Part shown: in pieces, positions 17,470-27,228 of the stretch
How positions within the stretch are numbered: the first letter of the stretch is position 1
How the letters are laid out: the number at the start of each line of letters is the position of its first letter
From: Longimicrobiales bacterium
GTDB lineage: Bacteria; Gemmatimonadota; Gemmatimonadetes; Longimicrobiales; Gaopeijiaceae
Assembly: GCA_965204735.1 (NCBI GenBank)
Contig: OZ242008.1
Coordinates: 2,464,001 to 2,528,000, forward strand
DNA length: 64,000 nt
Direction of reading: 5' to 3'
Notes under the pieces: model-generated
Seen by the model: only the letters and a program-made list of their open reading frames with translations
Told to the model about the DNA's origin: nothing
Database searches by the model: none
Translations under genes and position numbers: made by a program

Positions 17470-18470
17470 GACGCGTCGCCTCTGCGGATGTCGCGGAACG
17501 AAAGGTCCAGGCGGCGAAGGTACCAGAGACCCATGAGCGTCACCGGAACGAAGCTGCCCAGGTGCCACGCGGTGGCGAAGGCGACGGCCGCCGCTTCCGG
17601 CGCCCCGTAGACGTTCACCAAGACCAGCCTGGCGGCCCAGTGAAAGGTCCCGACGTAGCCCGGAGCGGCGGGCACGGAGACGGCGAAGGCGAGGACGCTG
17701 TTGAGGAAGACCGCCGCGGCGAAGGAGAGGTCGATCCCGAAAGCGACGAAGCCCAGCCACAGCGAGAGGGACTGGAGAAGCCAGAGGCCGAACGTCCACG
17801 CCACTGCCGGAAGCGCCAGCCTCCAGCTGCGAAGCGTCGCCAGCCCCTCGAGGAAGCCGGCGAGGGCGCGGGTCGCGGTCGCGGCCCATCGGGAGGGCAG
17901 CAGCCGTTGCGCCAAGCGGCCGAAGGCGCCGACGCTCTTTTCCGGAAGCGCCAGCAGGACGAGCGCGAAGAGGAGCACGGCCCCAAGGACGCTCGACATG
18001 CCCCAGACGCCGGCCACCACCTCGGCGGGAAGCGAGGCGGCCGGAAACTCCGGGGTCGTCGCGACCACGAAGAGAAGCACGAGGAGCACCACTCCGTCGG
18101 CAAAGCGCTCCACGACCAGCGTCGCGAACGCCGTGGGGGCGGAAACGGGCTCCAGGCGGCTGTAGGCGTATGCGCGGGCGAACTCGCCCACGCGTCCCGA
18201 GGGCAGGAGGTTGTTCGCCATGAAGCCGATGCATGCGGCGGCGAAGCGGGAGGCGAAGGGGCTTCGGCGCTGCACGGGCGCCAGAAAGAACCGCCAGCGG
18301 GCGGCGCGCACCGCGAACCCGAAGGTGGTGACCGCGACCGCCGCCCCGAGGACCCGGAGGTCGGCCTCGCGAACCTGACGCCGGAGCTCCGCGAACTCCA
18401 GGTCGCGAAACACCCACCAAAGCAGAAAGGCCGCGAGCGCCAGCCCGGCGGCCGCCTTCCACCCCTTCAC
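17466..18470 (-). CDS. Lysylphosphatidylglycerol synthase TM-region (UPF0104) flippase-like protein
   Basis: RAARWRFFL, GFMANNLLPSGRVGEFAR, TLVVERFAD, PAAPGYVGTF. Confidence 0.9.
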   Translation of the reverse strand: MKGWKAAAGLALAAFLLWWVFRDLEFAELRRQVREADLRVLGAAVAVTTFGFAVRAARWRFFLAPVQRRSPFASRFAAACIGFMANNLLPSGRVGEFARAYAYSRLEPVSAPTAFATLVVERFADGVVLLVLLFVVATTPEFPAASLPAEVVAGVWGMSSVLGAVLLFALVLLALPEKSVGAFGRLAQRLLPSRWAATATRALAGFLEGLATLRSWRLALPAVAWTFGLWLLQSLSLWLGFVAFGIDLSFAAAVFLNSVLAFAVSVPAAPGYVGTFHWAARLVLVNVYGAPEAAAVAFATAWHLGSFVPVTLMGLWYLRRLDLSFRDIRRGDAS

Positions 18471-18480
18471 CGGCTTGGCG

Positions 18481-19251
18481 CTAGAACCCGACCGGCGGCG
18501 TCCAGCGGCCCGGTCGTCCCACGCGCTTCGGCGCCCGCAGAACGATCTCCTTCATCTCCCGGACCGCCCGCTCCAGGCCAACGAAGATCGCCCGCGACAC
18601 CACGCTGTGGCCGATGTTGAGCTCCTCCACGTGCGGAAGGGCTGCCACCGGCTCCACGTTCTCGTAGGTCAGGCCGTGGCCTGCGTGCACCGCCAGCCCG
18701 ACGGCGTGGGCGTGGACCGCGGCGTCCGCAAGTCGAGCAAGTTCGGCCGCCTTCTCGGTGTTCCCGGACGCGTTCGCGTACTCCCCCGTGTGAAGCTCGA
18801 CCGCGTGAGCGCCAAGGTGCGCCGACTGGTCCAGAGCCCCCCTGTCGGGATCGACGAACAACGACGTCCGAACACCTTCGGCCTCGAGCCGCCGCAAGGC
18901 GCTTCCCACCGAGTCCCGCACCTGGGGAGAGCCCAGGTCGAGGCCGCCTTCCGTCGTGACCTCTTCGCGCTTCTCGGGCACCAGCGTCGCCTGCATGGGG
19001 GCCACCTCCAGCGCCATGTCGACCATGGGGGACGACGCGGCCAGCTCGAAGTTGATCCCGGTGCGCACCGTCTCCGCCAGCAGCCGCGCGTCTCGGTCCT
19101 GGATGTGGCGCCGGTCCTCTCGCAGGTGGATGGTGATTCCGTCCGCGCCGCCCAGCTCGGCAACGACCGCCGCGCGCACCGGATCCGGCTCGTCGGTGCG
19201 GCGCGCCTGCCGAACCGTGGCCACGTGGTCGATGTTGATGTAGAGCCTCAT
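18481..19251 (-). CDS. pdxJ: Pyridoxine 5'-phosphate synthase
   Basis: [42 protein letters not shown]. Confidence 0.97.
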   Translation of the reverse strand: MRLYINIDHVATVRQARRTDEPDPVRAAVVAELGGADGITIHLREDRRHIQDRDARLLAETVRTGINFELAASSPMVDMALEVAPMQATLVPEKREEVTTEGGLDLGSPQVRDSVGSALRRLEAEGVRTSLFVDPDRGALDQSAHLGAHAVELHTGEYANASGNTEKAAELARLADAAVHAHAVGLAVHAGHGLTYENVEPVAALPHVEELNIGHSVVSRAIFVGLERAVREMKEIVLRAPKRVGRPGRWTPPVGF

Positions 19252-19270
19252 CTCCGAACCGTCCTCTCGC

Positions 19271-21040
19271 TCAGGCGTTCAATCCGCCATGTCCAAAGAG
19301 TCCCACCGAAACCCCGTCGATCCGTCCATCGCCACTGGTCCCTCTGCCCGGCCGCCTCGCCCCACCAGCCTTGCTTCTCCACTCGAACGCTCTTCCCACC
19401 CTCTGCACTGCATCGTCGTTCCTGTGCCACACCTTGCCCTTCTGTGCATCGGCGATCATCGCGCGAATCTCTTCGACAACCCTGGCACGACCCTCGTCGC
19501 CCACCCACCAAGGATACGGCATCCGCTCGAAGTCCTTGCTCTGTATATTCCTGGTGTGATTGACCACGGTCTTCAGTATCCTGTTCGCAGTGTCCGACAG
19601 AAGCCAGCCAAGAACAAAGTACAGTTCCTCGCGGTCCTCGCCCTGGCGCAAGAACGCGCACGGGGCTCCGCTGTCCAGAATGTATCCCGCCGGCAGGTAT
19701 CGCGGAACAAACTGCGCCGCCACAAGCTGCCAAGAGATCCCCTCCATACCAAAGTATCGCCGTCCTCCCACGCCACGCAGGTACCAATTCCCCGTCCGCT
19801 TGTGTGTCAACACGGCATCTCCTTCATCCTCCCAATAGATGTAGTGCGTGGGATCCGAGTACACTATGCGGCCGTTGGCCTTGTTGTAGGGTGCGTATCG
19901 CGAGTCCGGCAGCTGGATCACGGCAGGCTCGTCACGGCTCACGATACGAACTCGCCGTTCGGTCTCGCCCGCCCTTTCCGCTTCTGCAAGCATCTCCACT
20001 CGCCTAGTTGACAATCGCCCCAGTCGCGCGCGGTCCATCTCGTACTCGACCGTAACAGGCACTTGATGAAACTCAAATTCGAATGGTTCCTCGAGCCGAT
20101 TTCCGTCGACAACTTTACGGACAAACAACGCATTATTGCCAGTCGTCATGCCACTCGTCGCCACGAATCGATCTCCCAGCAACGGACCGTCGAAGAAGCG
20201 TGCAGCCTCTGCGTCCACACCCCAAGACAGGTTCGGGGTTGACATCACCGACCGGACCTCAATGACCTCGGTGTTTCGCACGAGGCGTTCTCTGGTTCCT
20301 CCCTTCACGAAGTCCAGCAACAGCATCGGGTAGCTCGTCTCGTCGGAAAAGACGTCGATGCCCGTGAGGGTCACGTCGCCGCGACTCATCAAGAACTTCC
20401 GAAGTCCCGCCATCGTCGGAATTGTGAGCAGCGTGTCACTGCAAATAAACGTCAGCCGGCCTTGCGATCTCAGCAGGTCTACGCACGCTACAATAAAGAA
20501 TGCGTAGGTCTCCTTCTTTATCTTCATGCCAAGACGCCTGCCCAGGCGCTTGTCCAGCACATCCTCGATTTCTCTATCGAACGTACCGCCGAACGGAGGG
20601 TTACCGACGACAAGATCAAAGCTCCCGTGGTCGAACCTCACTGCGCCGTCGGGTCCGTCGCAACTTGCCCCTGTTAGGTATGCCCGAAAGAAGTCCACGT
20701 TGCAAACTCGCGCAACGACTCCGCCTGGGACGCCGCAGTCCGCGATCGTCGCTCGAGCTCGCTGGGCCAAGCAGTCGTCCACCTCAACGCCGATCAACTC
20801 CCACTCTCCATCATCAGCGCGTGCTCGTCGCTGCTTGCCGGCTTGATCGACGACGGCGGAAAGAAACGCGCCGTCTCCACATGACGGCTCCAGAATGCGC
20901 TGGTAGTCTTCAAGTGGCAACGCGGCGACAATCCGACTCGCAAGAGATCGCGGCGTCATGTATTGGCCTCGCTGCTTCTTCTGCTCCCTCTCGTGCTTTC
21001 TTTGTCTGATCTGCGACTGGAGGGCGGCGGCGATGGCCAT
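19271..21040 (-). CDS. Solitary amino (probably N6-adenine) DNA methyltransferase with Eco57I/PglX-like target recognition domain
   Basis: [18 protein letters not shown] (motif I), [10 protein letters not shown] (motif IV); TRD motifs [37 protein letters not shown]. Lower GC than neighbours. Confidence 0.9.
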   Translation of the reverse strand: MAIAAALQSQIRQRKHEREQKKQRGQYMTPRSLASRIVAALPLEDYQRILEPSCGDGAFLSAVVDQAGKQRRARADDGEWELIGVEVDDCLAQRARATIADCGVPGGVVARVCNVDFFRAYLTGASCDGPDGAVRFDHGSFDLVVGNPPFGGTFDREIEDVLDKRLGRRLGMKIKKETYAFFIVACVDLLRSQGRLTFICSDTLLTIPTMAGLRKFLMSRGDVTLTGIDVFSDETSYPMLLLDFVKGGTRERLVRNTEVIEVRSVMSTPNLSWGVDAEAARFFDGPLLGDRFVATSGMTTGNNALFVRKVVDGNRLEEPFEFEFHQVPVTVEYEMDRARLGRLSTRRVEMLAEAERAGETERRVRIVSRDEPAVIQLPDSRYAPYNKANGRIVYSDPTHYIYWEDEGDAVLTHKRTGNWYLRGVGGRRYFGMEGISWQLVAAQFVPRYLPAGYILDSGAPCAFLRQGEDREELYFVLGWLLSDTANRILKTVVNHTRNIQSKDFERMPYPWWVGDEGRARVVEEIRAMIADAQKGKVWHRNDDAVQRVGRAFEWRSKAGGARRPGRGTSGDGRIDGVSVGLFGHGGLNA

Positions 21041-21078
21041 CGGTGCTTCTCCACAAGGCGGGACTGGTTGACTGTAAG

Positions 21079-22401
21079 CTAACCGGGGTCCAGCGCATTG
21101 CCTACCGCCGCGACGCGGACGCCACGGGTCGTGCTCAGGCGCCCGGCAAGGGAGGCGGGCACGCGGGCGACCACTTCGACCGTTCCGTCGACCTGGGTGC
21201 GCGACAGCACTTCGCCCTCACGGTAGAGCGCGGCCAGGGTCTTGCCGTCGGCGACGGGGAGATGGACGCGGACGCGGCGCAGTCGCCCCCGGACCCGGTC
21301 GGCCAGCAGGTCTCGGAGGGGCGTCAAGGTGGAGGGGACGCGAGCGGAGACGAACACGGCCGACGCCTCGCCGGCGCCCGAGGTCGCTTGTCGCTTCAGC
21401 GCCAGCAGCCGGTCGCCGGTCAGCAGGTCGGTCTTGTTGAAGGCTCGGATCCGGGGGCGGTCCAGCAGGTCGAGCTCCTTCAGGACCGATTCGACTACCC
21501 GCTGCTGCTTTGGCCAAGTCGGCTGGGAGGCGTCGATCACATGGAGAAGCACGTCGGCCTCCCGAGCCTCCTCCAAAGTCGAACGGAACGAAGCCACCAA
21601 GTGGTGCGGCAGCTTGCGGATGAAGCCGACCGTGTCGGTGACGAGCGCCTCGTGGCCGGCCCCCAGCCGCACCAAGCGCGTGGACGAGTCCAACGTGGCG
21701 AAGAGCCGGTCCTCCACGAACTGATCCACGCCGGAGAGCGCTTGCAGGAGCGACGACTTGCCGGCGTTGGTGTAGCCGACCAAAGCCGCCCGGAAGCGTC
21801 CTTCCCTGCCCTTGCGCTGCGTGGCCCTGGCCTTGGCAACGACGCGAAGCTTGCGACGAAGCTCGGCGATGCGGGCGCCCACCAGGCGGCGGTCGGTCTC
21901 CAGCTGGGTTTCGCCGGGTCCCCGAAGGCCGATCCCGCCTCGGATGCGGGAGAGGTGGCTCCACATCCGCATGAGGCGGGGGAGCAGGTACTGAAGCTGG
22001 GCCAGCTCGACCTGCATTCGCGCTTCGTAGGTCCGGGCGCGGTTGGCGAAGATGGCCAGGATGAGCTCGGTCCGATCCACGACCCGCACCTTCAGGAGGT
22101 CCTCCAGGTTCTTGCCTTGGGCCGGCGTGAGCTCGTCGTCGAAGACCACGAGGTCGGCGTCCAGCGCGCGGACCTGCTCGGCCAGCTCCTGGACCTTCCC
22201 CTTGCCCAGGTAGTAGCGAGGCTGGGGGGACCGGATGCGCTGCACCATCGTGCCGGCCACGACCCCTCCCGCCGTGTCGGTCAGGCGTCCCAGCTCGGCC
22301 AAGTGCTCGGCGGCCTCGCCGGCAGGCGCCGACTGGTCGGGCGTTCCCACCAGGACGGCCCGCTCGACGGGGACGCGCTCGTTCAGGAGCTCCGTGGGGA
22401 T
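21079..22401 (-). CDS. hflX: Ribosome-splitting GTPase HflX
   Basis: GKGKVQEL, DRTELILAIF, RGPGETQLETDRR, VGYTNAGKS, LFATLD, DTVGFI, NKTD. Start tentatively ATC 22401 after AAGGAGG. Confidence 0.95.
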   Translation of the reverse strand: MPTELLNERVPVERAVLVGTPDQSAPAGEAAEHLAELGRLTDTAGGVVAGTMVQRIRSPQPRYYLGKGKVQELAEQVRALDADLVVFDDELTPAQGKNLEDLLKVRVVDRTELILAIFANRARTYEARMQVELAQLQYLLPRLMRMWSHLSRIRGGIGLRGPGETQLETDRRLVGARIAELRRKLRVVAKARATQRKGREGRFRAALVGYTNAGKSSLLQALSGVDQFVEDRLFATLDSSTRLVRLGAGHEALVTDTVGFIRKLPHHLVASFRSTLEEAREADVLLHVIDASQPTWPKQQRVVESVLKELDLLDRPRIRAFNKTDLLTGDRLLALKRQATSGAGEASAVFVSARVPSTLTPLRDLLADRVRGRLRRVRVHLPVADGKTLAALYREGEVLSRTQVDGTVEVVARVPASLAGRLSTTRGVRVAAVGNALDPG

Positions 22402-23927
22402 CGGCCGCCTCCTTGTCGCCTCGCCTCGCGCCACTTCGCCAGGCGTTCCTTCGCCCGAGCCTCCCATCCCGCGTCTCCCGGACGGTAGAAGACCGCGTCC
22501 CCGACGGCGCTGGGCAGGTATCGTTGCGCCGACACGCCCCCGTGCTGGTCCGGGTCGTACAGGTACCCCTCGCCGTGACCCAGTTCCTTCATGAGCGGAG
22601 TGGGAGCGTTGCGCAGGTGAACGGGAACGGGAGCGGCGGGCGTCTCCCGGGCCTTGGCCAGGGCTTCGCCCCAGCCTCGGTAGAGACGGTTGGACTTGGG
22701 ACTCGACGCCAGGTAGACCGCCGCCTGCGCCAGGGCCAAGTCCCCCTCGGGCGAGCCCAGGAAGCGGTAGGCGTCCCGACACGCCATCGCCACCGCCAGG
22801 GCGCCGGGGTTGGCCAGCCCCACGTCTTCCGCGGCCATGCGTACTAGTCGGCGAGCGACGTACATGGGGTCCTCGCCGGCGTCCAGCATCCGGCCCAGCC
22901 AGTAGAGAGCCGCGTCGGGGTCGCCTCCGCGGACGGACTTGTGAAGCGCCGAGATGTGGTCGTAGTGCTGGTCCCCGGCCTTGTCGTAGGCGGCGAAGCG
23001 ATGCTGAATCGCGGTCTCGACGTGGGAGAGCGACAGAGCGCGGCCGTCCGTCTCGCCGTCCTTGGCCGCCGTGGGTTCGCCGGGCGGCTCGCTCCCTGCG
23101 GAGGGAGCGTCGGCGGCCTGCGCCAGAAGCTGGACCGCCCGCTCCAGAACGCCCAGCGCCCTTCGGGCGTCGCCGTCGGCGGCCTCGGCGATGCGCTGGA
23201 CGACCTCGGGCGGCGCGTCCACCCCCGTCTTGCCCAGACCCCGCTCCCTGTCGGCGAGGGCCGCGTCGACCACGGCGACCAGATCGGCTTGGGAAAGGGC
23301 CTCCAGCACCACCACCGGCGCTCGGGAGAGGAGCGGACGGACGATCTCGAAGCTGGGGTTCTCGGTGGTGGCGCCGACGAGCACGATCTCGCCTGCCTCG
23401 ACGACCGGAAGGAAGGCGTCCTGCTGGGCCTTGTTGAAGCGGTGGATTTCGTCGCAGAAGAGGATCGTGCCGCGGCCCGTCGCCTGTCGTCGGGTCCGGG
23501 CCTCGGCGATGATTCGGCGAACCCGGGCGACGCCTTCCGTCACCGCGCTGAAGGGCACGAACGCCGCGTCCGCCGATTCTGCGACCAGGCGTGCCAGGGT
23601 CGTCTTGCCCGACCCAGGGGGTCCCCAGAGGATGAAGCTGGAAACGCGGCCCTGGTCGATCATCGCGCGGACCGGGCCGCCCTTCCCCACGACCTTGTCC
23701 TGGCCTCGGAACTCGGCGAGGACGCGAGGACGCATGCGGGCGGCGAGAGGGACGGCGGGATCGGCGGGAGCCGAGACGGGATTGGCGGGACCCGAGGCGC
23801 GGTCGGCGGGAGCCGAGGCGGGGTCGGCGGAGGAGCTTCGGTGGGCGGCGCGACCCGCCGTGGGGCTGGCGACGTCGCCTGCCGACCGGCGTTCTCCTGG
23901 CGGGAAGAGGTTGAGCGTGTCGTTCAC
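22383..23927 (-). CDS. rarA: Replication-associated recombination protein A (RarA/MgsA)
   Basis: PLAARMRP, WGPPGSGKTT, DEIHRFNKAQQD, ATTENPSF, SALHKSVRG, VPVHLRNAPT. Confidence 0.95.
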   Translation of the reverse strand: MNDTLNLFPPGERRSAGDVASPTAGRAAHRSSSADPASAPADRASGPANPVSAPADPAVPLAARMRPRVLAEFRGQDKVVGKGGPVRAMIDQGRVSSFILWGPPGSGKTTLARLVAESADAAFVPFSAVTEGVARVRRIIAEARTRRQATGRGTILFCDEIHRFNKAQQDAFLPVVEAGEIVLVGATTENPSFEIVRPLLSRAPVVVLEALSQADLVAVVDAALADRERGLGKTGVDAPPEVVQRIAEAADGDARRALGVLERAVQLLAQAADAPSAGSEPPGEPTAAKDGETDGRALSLSHVETAIQHRFAAYDKAGDQHYDHISALHKSVRGGDPDAALYWLGRMLDAGEDPMYVARRLVRMAAEDVGLANPGALAVAMACRDAYRFLGSPEGDLALAQAAVYLASSPKSNRLYRGWGEALAKARETPAAPVPVHLRNAPTPLMKELGHGEGYLYDPDQHGGVSAQRYLPSAVGDAVFYRPGDAGWEARAKERLAKWREARRQGGGRSPRSS

Positions 23928-25288
23928 TCGGACGGATCCCGGCGGGCGGTCCCGGCGTTGGCCGAGGAGGAACCGCGGGCGGAGGGGACTCTTGGAAGGC
24001 GATCCGCTTCCCGATGGGCTTCGGCCAACTTCAGCAGCGCGACCGGCTCGTTGCGGCGGGGGTCCTCCCAGACGGCCTCGAGAAGGCGTCGGAGCACGCT
24101 CCCGACCGCCGGTCCAGGCGACCAGCCCCGCGCGATCAGGTCGCGGCCGCCGACCTTCAGCCCCGCCACCGACGTGGGAACGCCGTCTCGCAAGTCCCGG
24201 CGGGCCGCGCGGATCACGCGCAGCAGCTCCGCTGTCGGGGCCGCGCCGCCCTGTCCTGCCCGGTGGGCGGCGATCCATACGCGGAAGACCTCTCCGAGTC
24301 GCTGGGGTCCGATCTGCGCGGCCCAGCGTCGTCGAGCCGCCGCGCCGGCCGACACGTCGGCGCTCGGTCCGCGGCCGCCGGCTGCGACGACGGCGATCTG
24401 TTCCCGGTGGGCGTTGGAGAAGCGGAGGCGCCGCAGGATCTCGGTCGCGGCGGCCCTAGCCGACCCGCCCGACCTTCCCGCCGCCTCGAGCCCCAACGTC
24501 AGCAGGGTTGCGACCCGCCGGTAGGCTGCCTGGCCGGTCGGTCGAGCCCGGGTGACGTCGACCGCCGCGTACGCGCCGGCGTCCATCGGCCCCAGCTCGG
24601 GCAGGACCGCCGACAGCACGCCGGAGCGCTGGTAGAGGCGCAGCGTCCGCGACGGCGTCGAATCGGCCATCACCTTGAGGAGCTCCTCGCGCACCCGCTC
24701 CTGCGAGAGTCGGCCCAGCCCGGAAACGGCGTTCACCAGCCCTTCCCACGTGCGCTGCTCCACCGTCAGCTCCATCGCCCCGGCAAAGCGCAGCCCCCGC
24801 AGGACGCGCAGGTAGTCTTCCCGAAACCGGTTCTCCGGCGTTCCGACGGCGCGCAGGACCCGGGCCCGCAAGTCGTCGAGTCCTCCGTGAGGGTCGCGCA
24901 GCTCGCGGCGGATCGGATGCCACGCCATGGCGTTCACCGTGAAGTCGCGCCGGGCCAAGTCCTCCTCCAGGGTGTCGGCGAACGCGACGACGGCTCGACG
25001 ACCGTCCGTGGCCACGTCCCGGCGGAACGTGGTGATCTCGTACATGACCTTGTTGCTGCCGAAGACGCCCAGGGTGCCGTGCTCCGGACCCAAGGGGACG
25101 GTGCGACCAAAGACGCGTCGCATCTCGGCCGGGGTCGCCCGGGTCGCCAAGTCCCAATCCTCCCGCGGGTCCCTCCCATGGAGCGAGTCGCGCACCGCTC
25201 CGCCGACGGTCCACGTTTCGTGGCCCGCCCGCTCCAGCCGCTCCGTCAGCTCGCGGACGGCCGCCGGAACCATCAGCCGGATCGTCAC
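23924..25288 (-). CDS. CCA tRNA nucleotidyltransferase (PolyA_pol family)
   Basis: VGGAVRD, DWDLAT, EITTFR, EDLARRDFTVNAMA, RFREDYLRVLRGLRF. Confidence 0.9.
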   Translation of the reverse strand: MTIRLMVPAAVRELTERLERAGHETWTVGGAVRDSLHGRDPREDWDLATRATPAEMRRVFGRTVPLGPEHGTLGVFGSNKVMYEITTFRRDVATDGRRAVVAFADTLEEDLARRDFTVNAMAWHPIRRELRDPHGGLDDLRARVLRAVGTPENRFREDYLRVLRGLRFAGAMELTVEQRTWEGLVNAVSGLGRLSQERVREELLKVMADSTPSRTLRLYQRSGVLSAVLPELGPMDAGAYAAVDVTRARPTGQAAYRRVATLLTLGLEAAGRSGGSARAAATEILRRLRFSNAHREQIAVVAAGGRGPSADVSAGAAARRRWAAQIGPQRLGEVFRVWIAAHRAGQGGAAPTAELLRVIRAARRDLRDGVPTSVAGLKVGGRDLIARGWSPGPAVGSVLRRLLEAVWEDPRRNEPVALLKLAEAHREADRLPRVPSARGSSSANAGTARRDPSE

Positions 25289-26097
25289 CCCGCCAGGACG
25301 GCGCCCCCGTTCACGTTGAGGGTCTCGCCCGTGACGTGGCGCGCGAGAGCCGAACAGAGGAGCACGATGGGACCCGCCACGTCCTCGGCGGAAGCCACCC
25401 GCCCAAGCGGGATCGCAGCGTCGATCGCCGCCCGCCCGCTTCCGGAGAGCGGCGCTTCCGACATTTCGGTGTCCACCCACCCCGGGGCGACGGCGTTCAC
25501 GGTGATCTCCCGGCTCGCCACCTCGACGCACAGCCCCTTCACCAGGGAGATCAGGGCGCCCTTGGTCGCGGCGTAGTCGCCGTGGTACGCCTCGCCCCGC
25601 TGGCCGGCGGTGGAGCTCACCAGAACCGCCCGTCCGCCGTCGGTCATTCGGCGCAGGGCCTCGCGGGTGGTGTAGAAGATCGAGTCCAGGTTCACGGCGA
25701 CGGTGCGCCGCCAGCGGCCTTCCTCCATCTCCGACAAGGGAACGTCGGCGACCGGCCACGTCCCCGCGTTGCCCACGAAGATGTCCAGGCCTCCGAACTC
25801 GGCGTCCAGGCGGTCGAAGAGGCGCGTCGCGACCGCCGGGTCGGAGAGGTCCCCGCCTTCGGCCCAGCTTCGGACGCCCAGCGACCTCGCTTGGGCGACG
25901 ACGCTTCGGGCGTCCGCCTTCCTCCTGTGGTAGGAAAGCCCCACGTCGGCTCCGGCCCTGGCCAGCATCAGAACCGTCGCCGCGCCGACGCCGCGGGAGC
26001 CGCCGGTCACCAGCGCCCGCTTGCCGACGAGCCCCAGGTCCAACCCGTCGGTCGCCGGTCGCCGGTCCACGTCCCGATGCAGGGCTTCGTCAGGCAC
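25285..26097 (-). CDS. SDR family oxidoreductase (FabG-like)
   Basis: TGGSRGVG, GNAG, YAATKG, NAVAPGWVDT, VTGETLNVNGG. Confidence 0.92.
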   Translation of the reverse strand: MPDEALHRDVDRRPATDGLDLGLVGKRALVTGGSRGVGAATVLMLARAGADVGLSYHRRKADARSVVAQARSLGVRSWAEGGDLSDPAVATRLFDRLDAEFGGLDIFVGNAGTWPVADVPLSEMEEGRWRRTVAVNLDSIFYTTREALRRMTDGGRAVLVSSTAGQRGEAYHGDYAATKGALISLVKGLCVEVASREITVNAVAPGWVDTEMSEAPLSGSGRAAIDAAIPLGRVASAEDVAGPIVLLCSALARHVTGETLNVNGGAVLAG

Positions 26098-26884
26098 GGA
26101 ACCAAGTCGTCATCCGGCGCGCCAAGGGCTTGGCCACTTCGAGGCGGGGCACCGGAAGCGGGGCGAGTCCTCGGAAGAGACGTGCGGGGTTCGTCCTGGC
26201 AAGCAGCGCGGCCTGCTCCTCGCCGCCTTGGGCCAGCACTTCCGACACTCCGGGCTCCAGGTAGAGCCGGTAGCCGGGGCGTCCGTGGAAGTCGGACGAG
26301 AGGTAGTCGAGGAGGCCGGCCGCCAGCATCCGGAGGGCCAAGTGGGCCGCCGCGGCGCCGTACTGTCCCACGAGAGACCCGTAGTTGCACTGAAGGTAGG
26401 CCCCGGCGTCCTTCCAGGAACGGACGACTTCCAGATCGGGATCGATCCCGGCGTAGCGCTCGGGGTGAGCGACGATCGGCACGCAGCCCGCTTCCCGCAG
26501 CCGCGCCAGCACGGTGGTCGTCCGCGGAGGAACTTGGAACATGGGCCACTCCACCAGCACGAACGGGGTTCCGCCAAGCCGCAGGCGCGGGTCCGACAGC
26601 TTCGGGGTCGGCACGTCCATCTTGATCTCGAACCCCCGGCGGAAGTCCAGGTCGGGGTAGCGTTCCGACACCGCCGTCTTCACGACCTCCCACTGACGGT
26701 CCATGACCTCCAGCGTTTCGGCGTCCCGAGTCAGCGAGGCCCGGAGGTGGGGCGTGGCGACGATCCGCCGGACGCCGGCGTCGGTCATGCGGCCGATGGC
26801 GTCGAGGGAGTCGTCCAAGGTGCGGGCGCCGTCGTCCACGCCGGGGACCAGATGGCTGTGAAAGTCGCCGTAGCCGGAACTCAC
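26090..26884 (-). CDS. PHP-family tyrosine-protein phosphatase (CpsB/CapC/YwqE-like)
   Basis: DFHSHLVPGVDDG, ATPH, AHPERY, SSDFH. Confidence 0.9.
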   Translation of the reverse strand: MSSGYGDFHSHLVPGVDDGARTLDDSLDAIGRMTDAGVRRIVATPHLRASLTRDAETLEVMDRQWEVVKTAVSERYPDLDFRRGFEIKMDVPTPKLSDPRLRLGGTPFVLVEWPMFQVPPRTTTVLARLREAGCVPIVAHPERYAGIDPDLEVVRSWKDAGAYLQCNYGSLVGQYGAAAAHLALRMLAAGLLDYLSSDFHGRPGYRLYLEPGVSEVLAQGGEEQAALLARTNPARLFRGLAPLPVPRLEVAKPLARRMTTWFRA

Positions 26885-27228
26885 TGGCGCCGCTCGACGT
26901 CCATCTCACCGACTTGGCGGGCGACGCGACGCAGCTCTTCGCCCCCGCCGCCTTCCGCAAGGACCAGAAGACAGGCGAACGTGACGTGGGCGTCGGCGGC
27001 CAAGAGGGAGAAGGCCGCGGCCCTCTCTCCGGGGTCCTGCTGGGCGCACGACCTCATCGCCGTCTCCGCGGCGCGGAGGAGCGCGGCAACCGAGAGTTCG
27101 CGCGCCCCCTCCAGCACGCCCCCTGCCTCCAGGTGGGGGCGGAAGGCGGCCGGCACGGGCGGCTCGCGGGAGTCGATCCATCGGCGCGTCGTGGACGGCC
27201 GGGGTCCGGGGGTCCCGGCGGCGATCAC
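26881..27228 (-). CDS. Hypothetical protein
   Basis: 115-aa ORF with 4-bp overlaps to both neighbours; LLAADAHVTFAC segment. Confidence 0.65.
   Translation of the reverse strand: MIAAGTPGPRPSTTRRWIDSREPPVPAAFRPHLEAGGVLEGARELSVAALLRAAETAMRSCAQQDPGERAAAFSLLAADAHVTFACLLVLAEGGGGEELRRVARQVGEMDVERRQ

Noticed and set aside
3812..21040. Complete BREX, Dnd or MADS system
   Set aside because: No pglZ, brxC/pglY, dndABCDE, or HsdM/HsdS-like genes in the window.
26090..26884. Capsule biosynthesis locus, or the phosphatase as partner of the island kinase
   Set aside because: It lies within a housekeeping operon with host-like composition; no BY-kinase or wzx/wzy nearby and no evidence linking it to the island.
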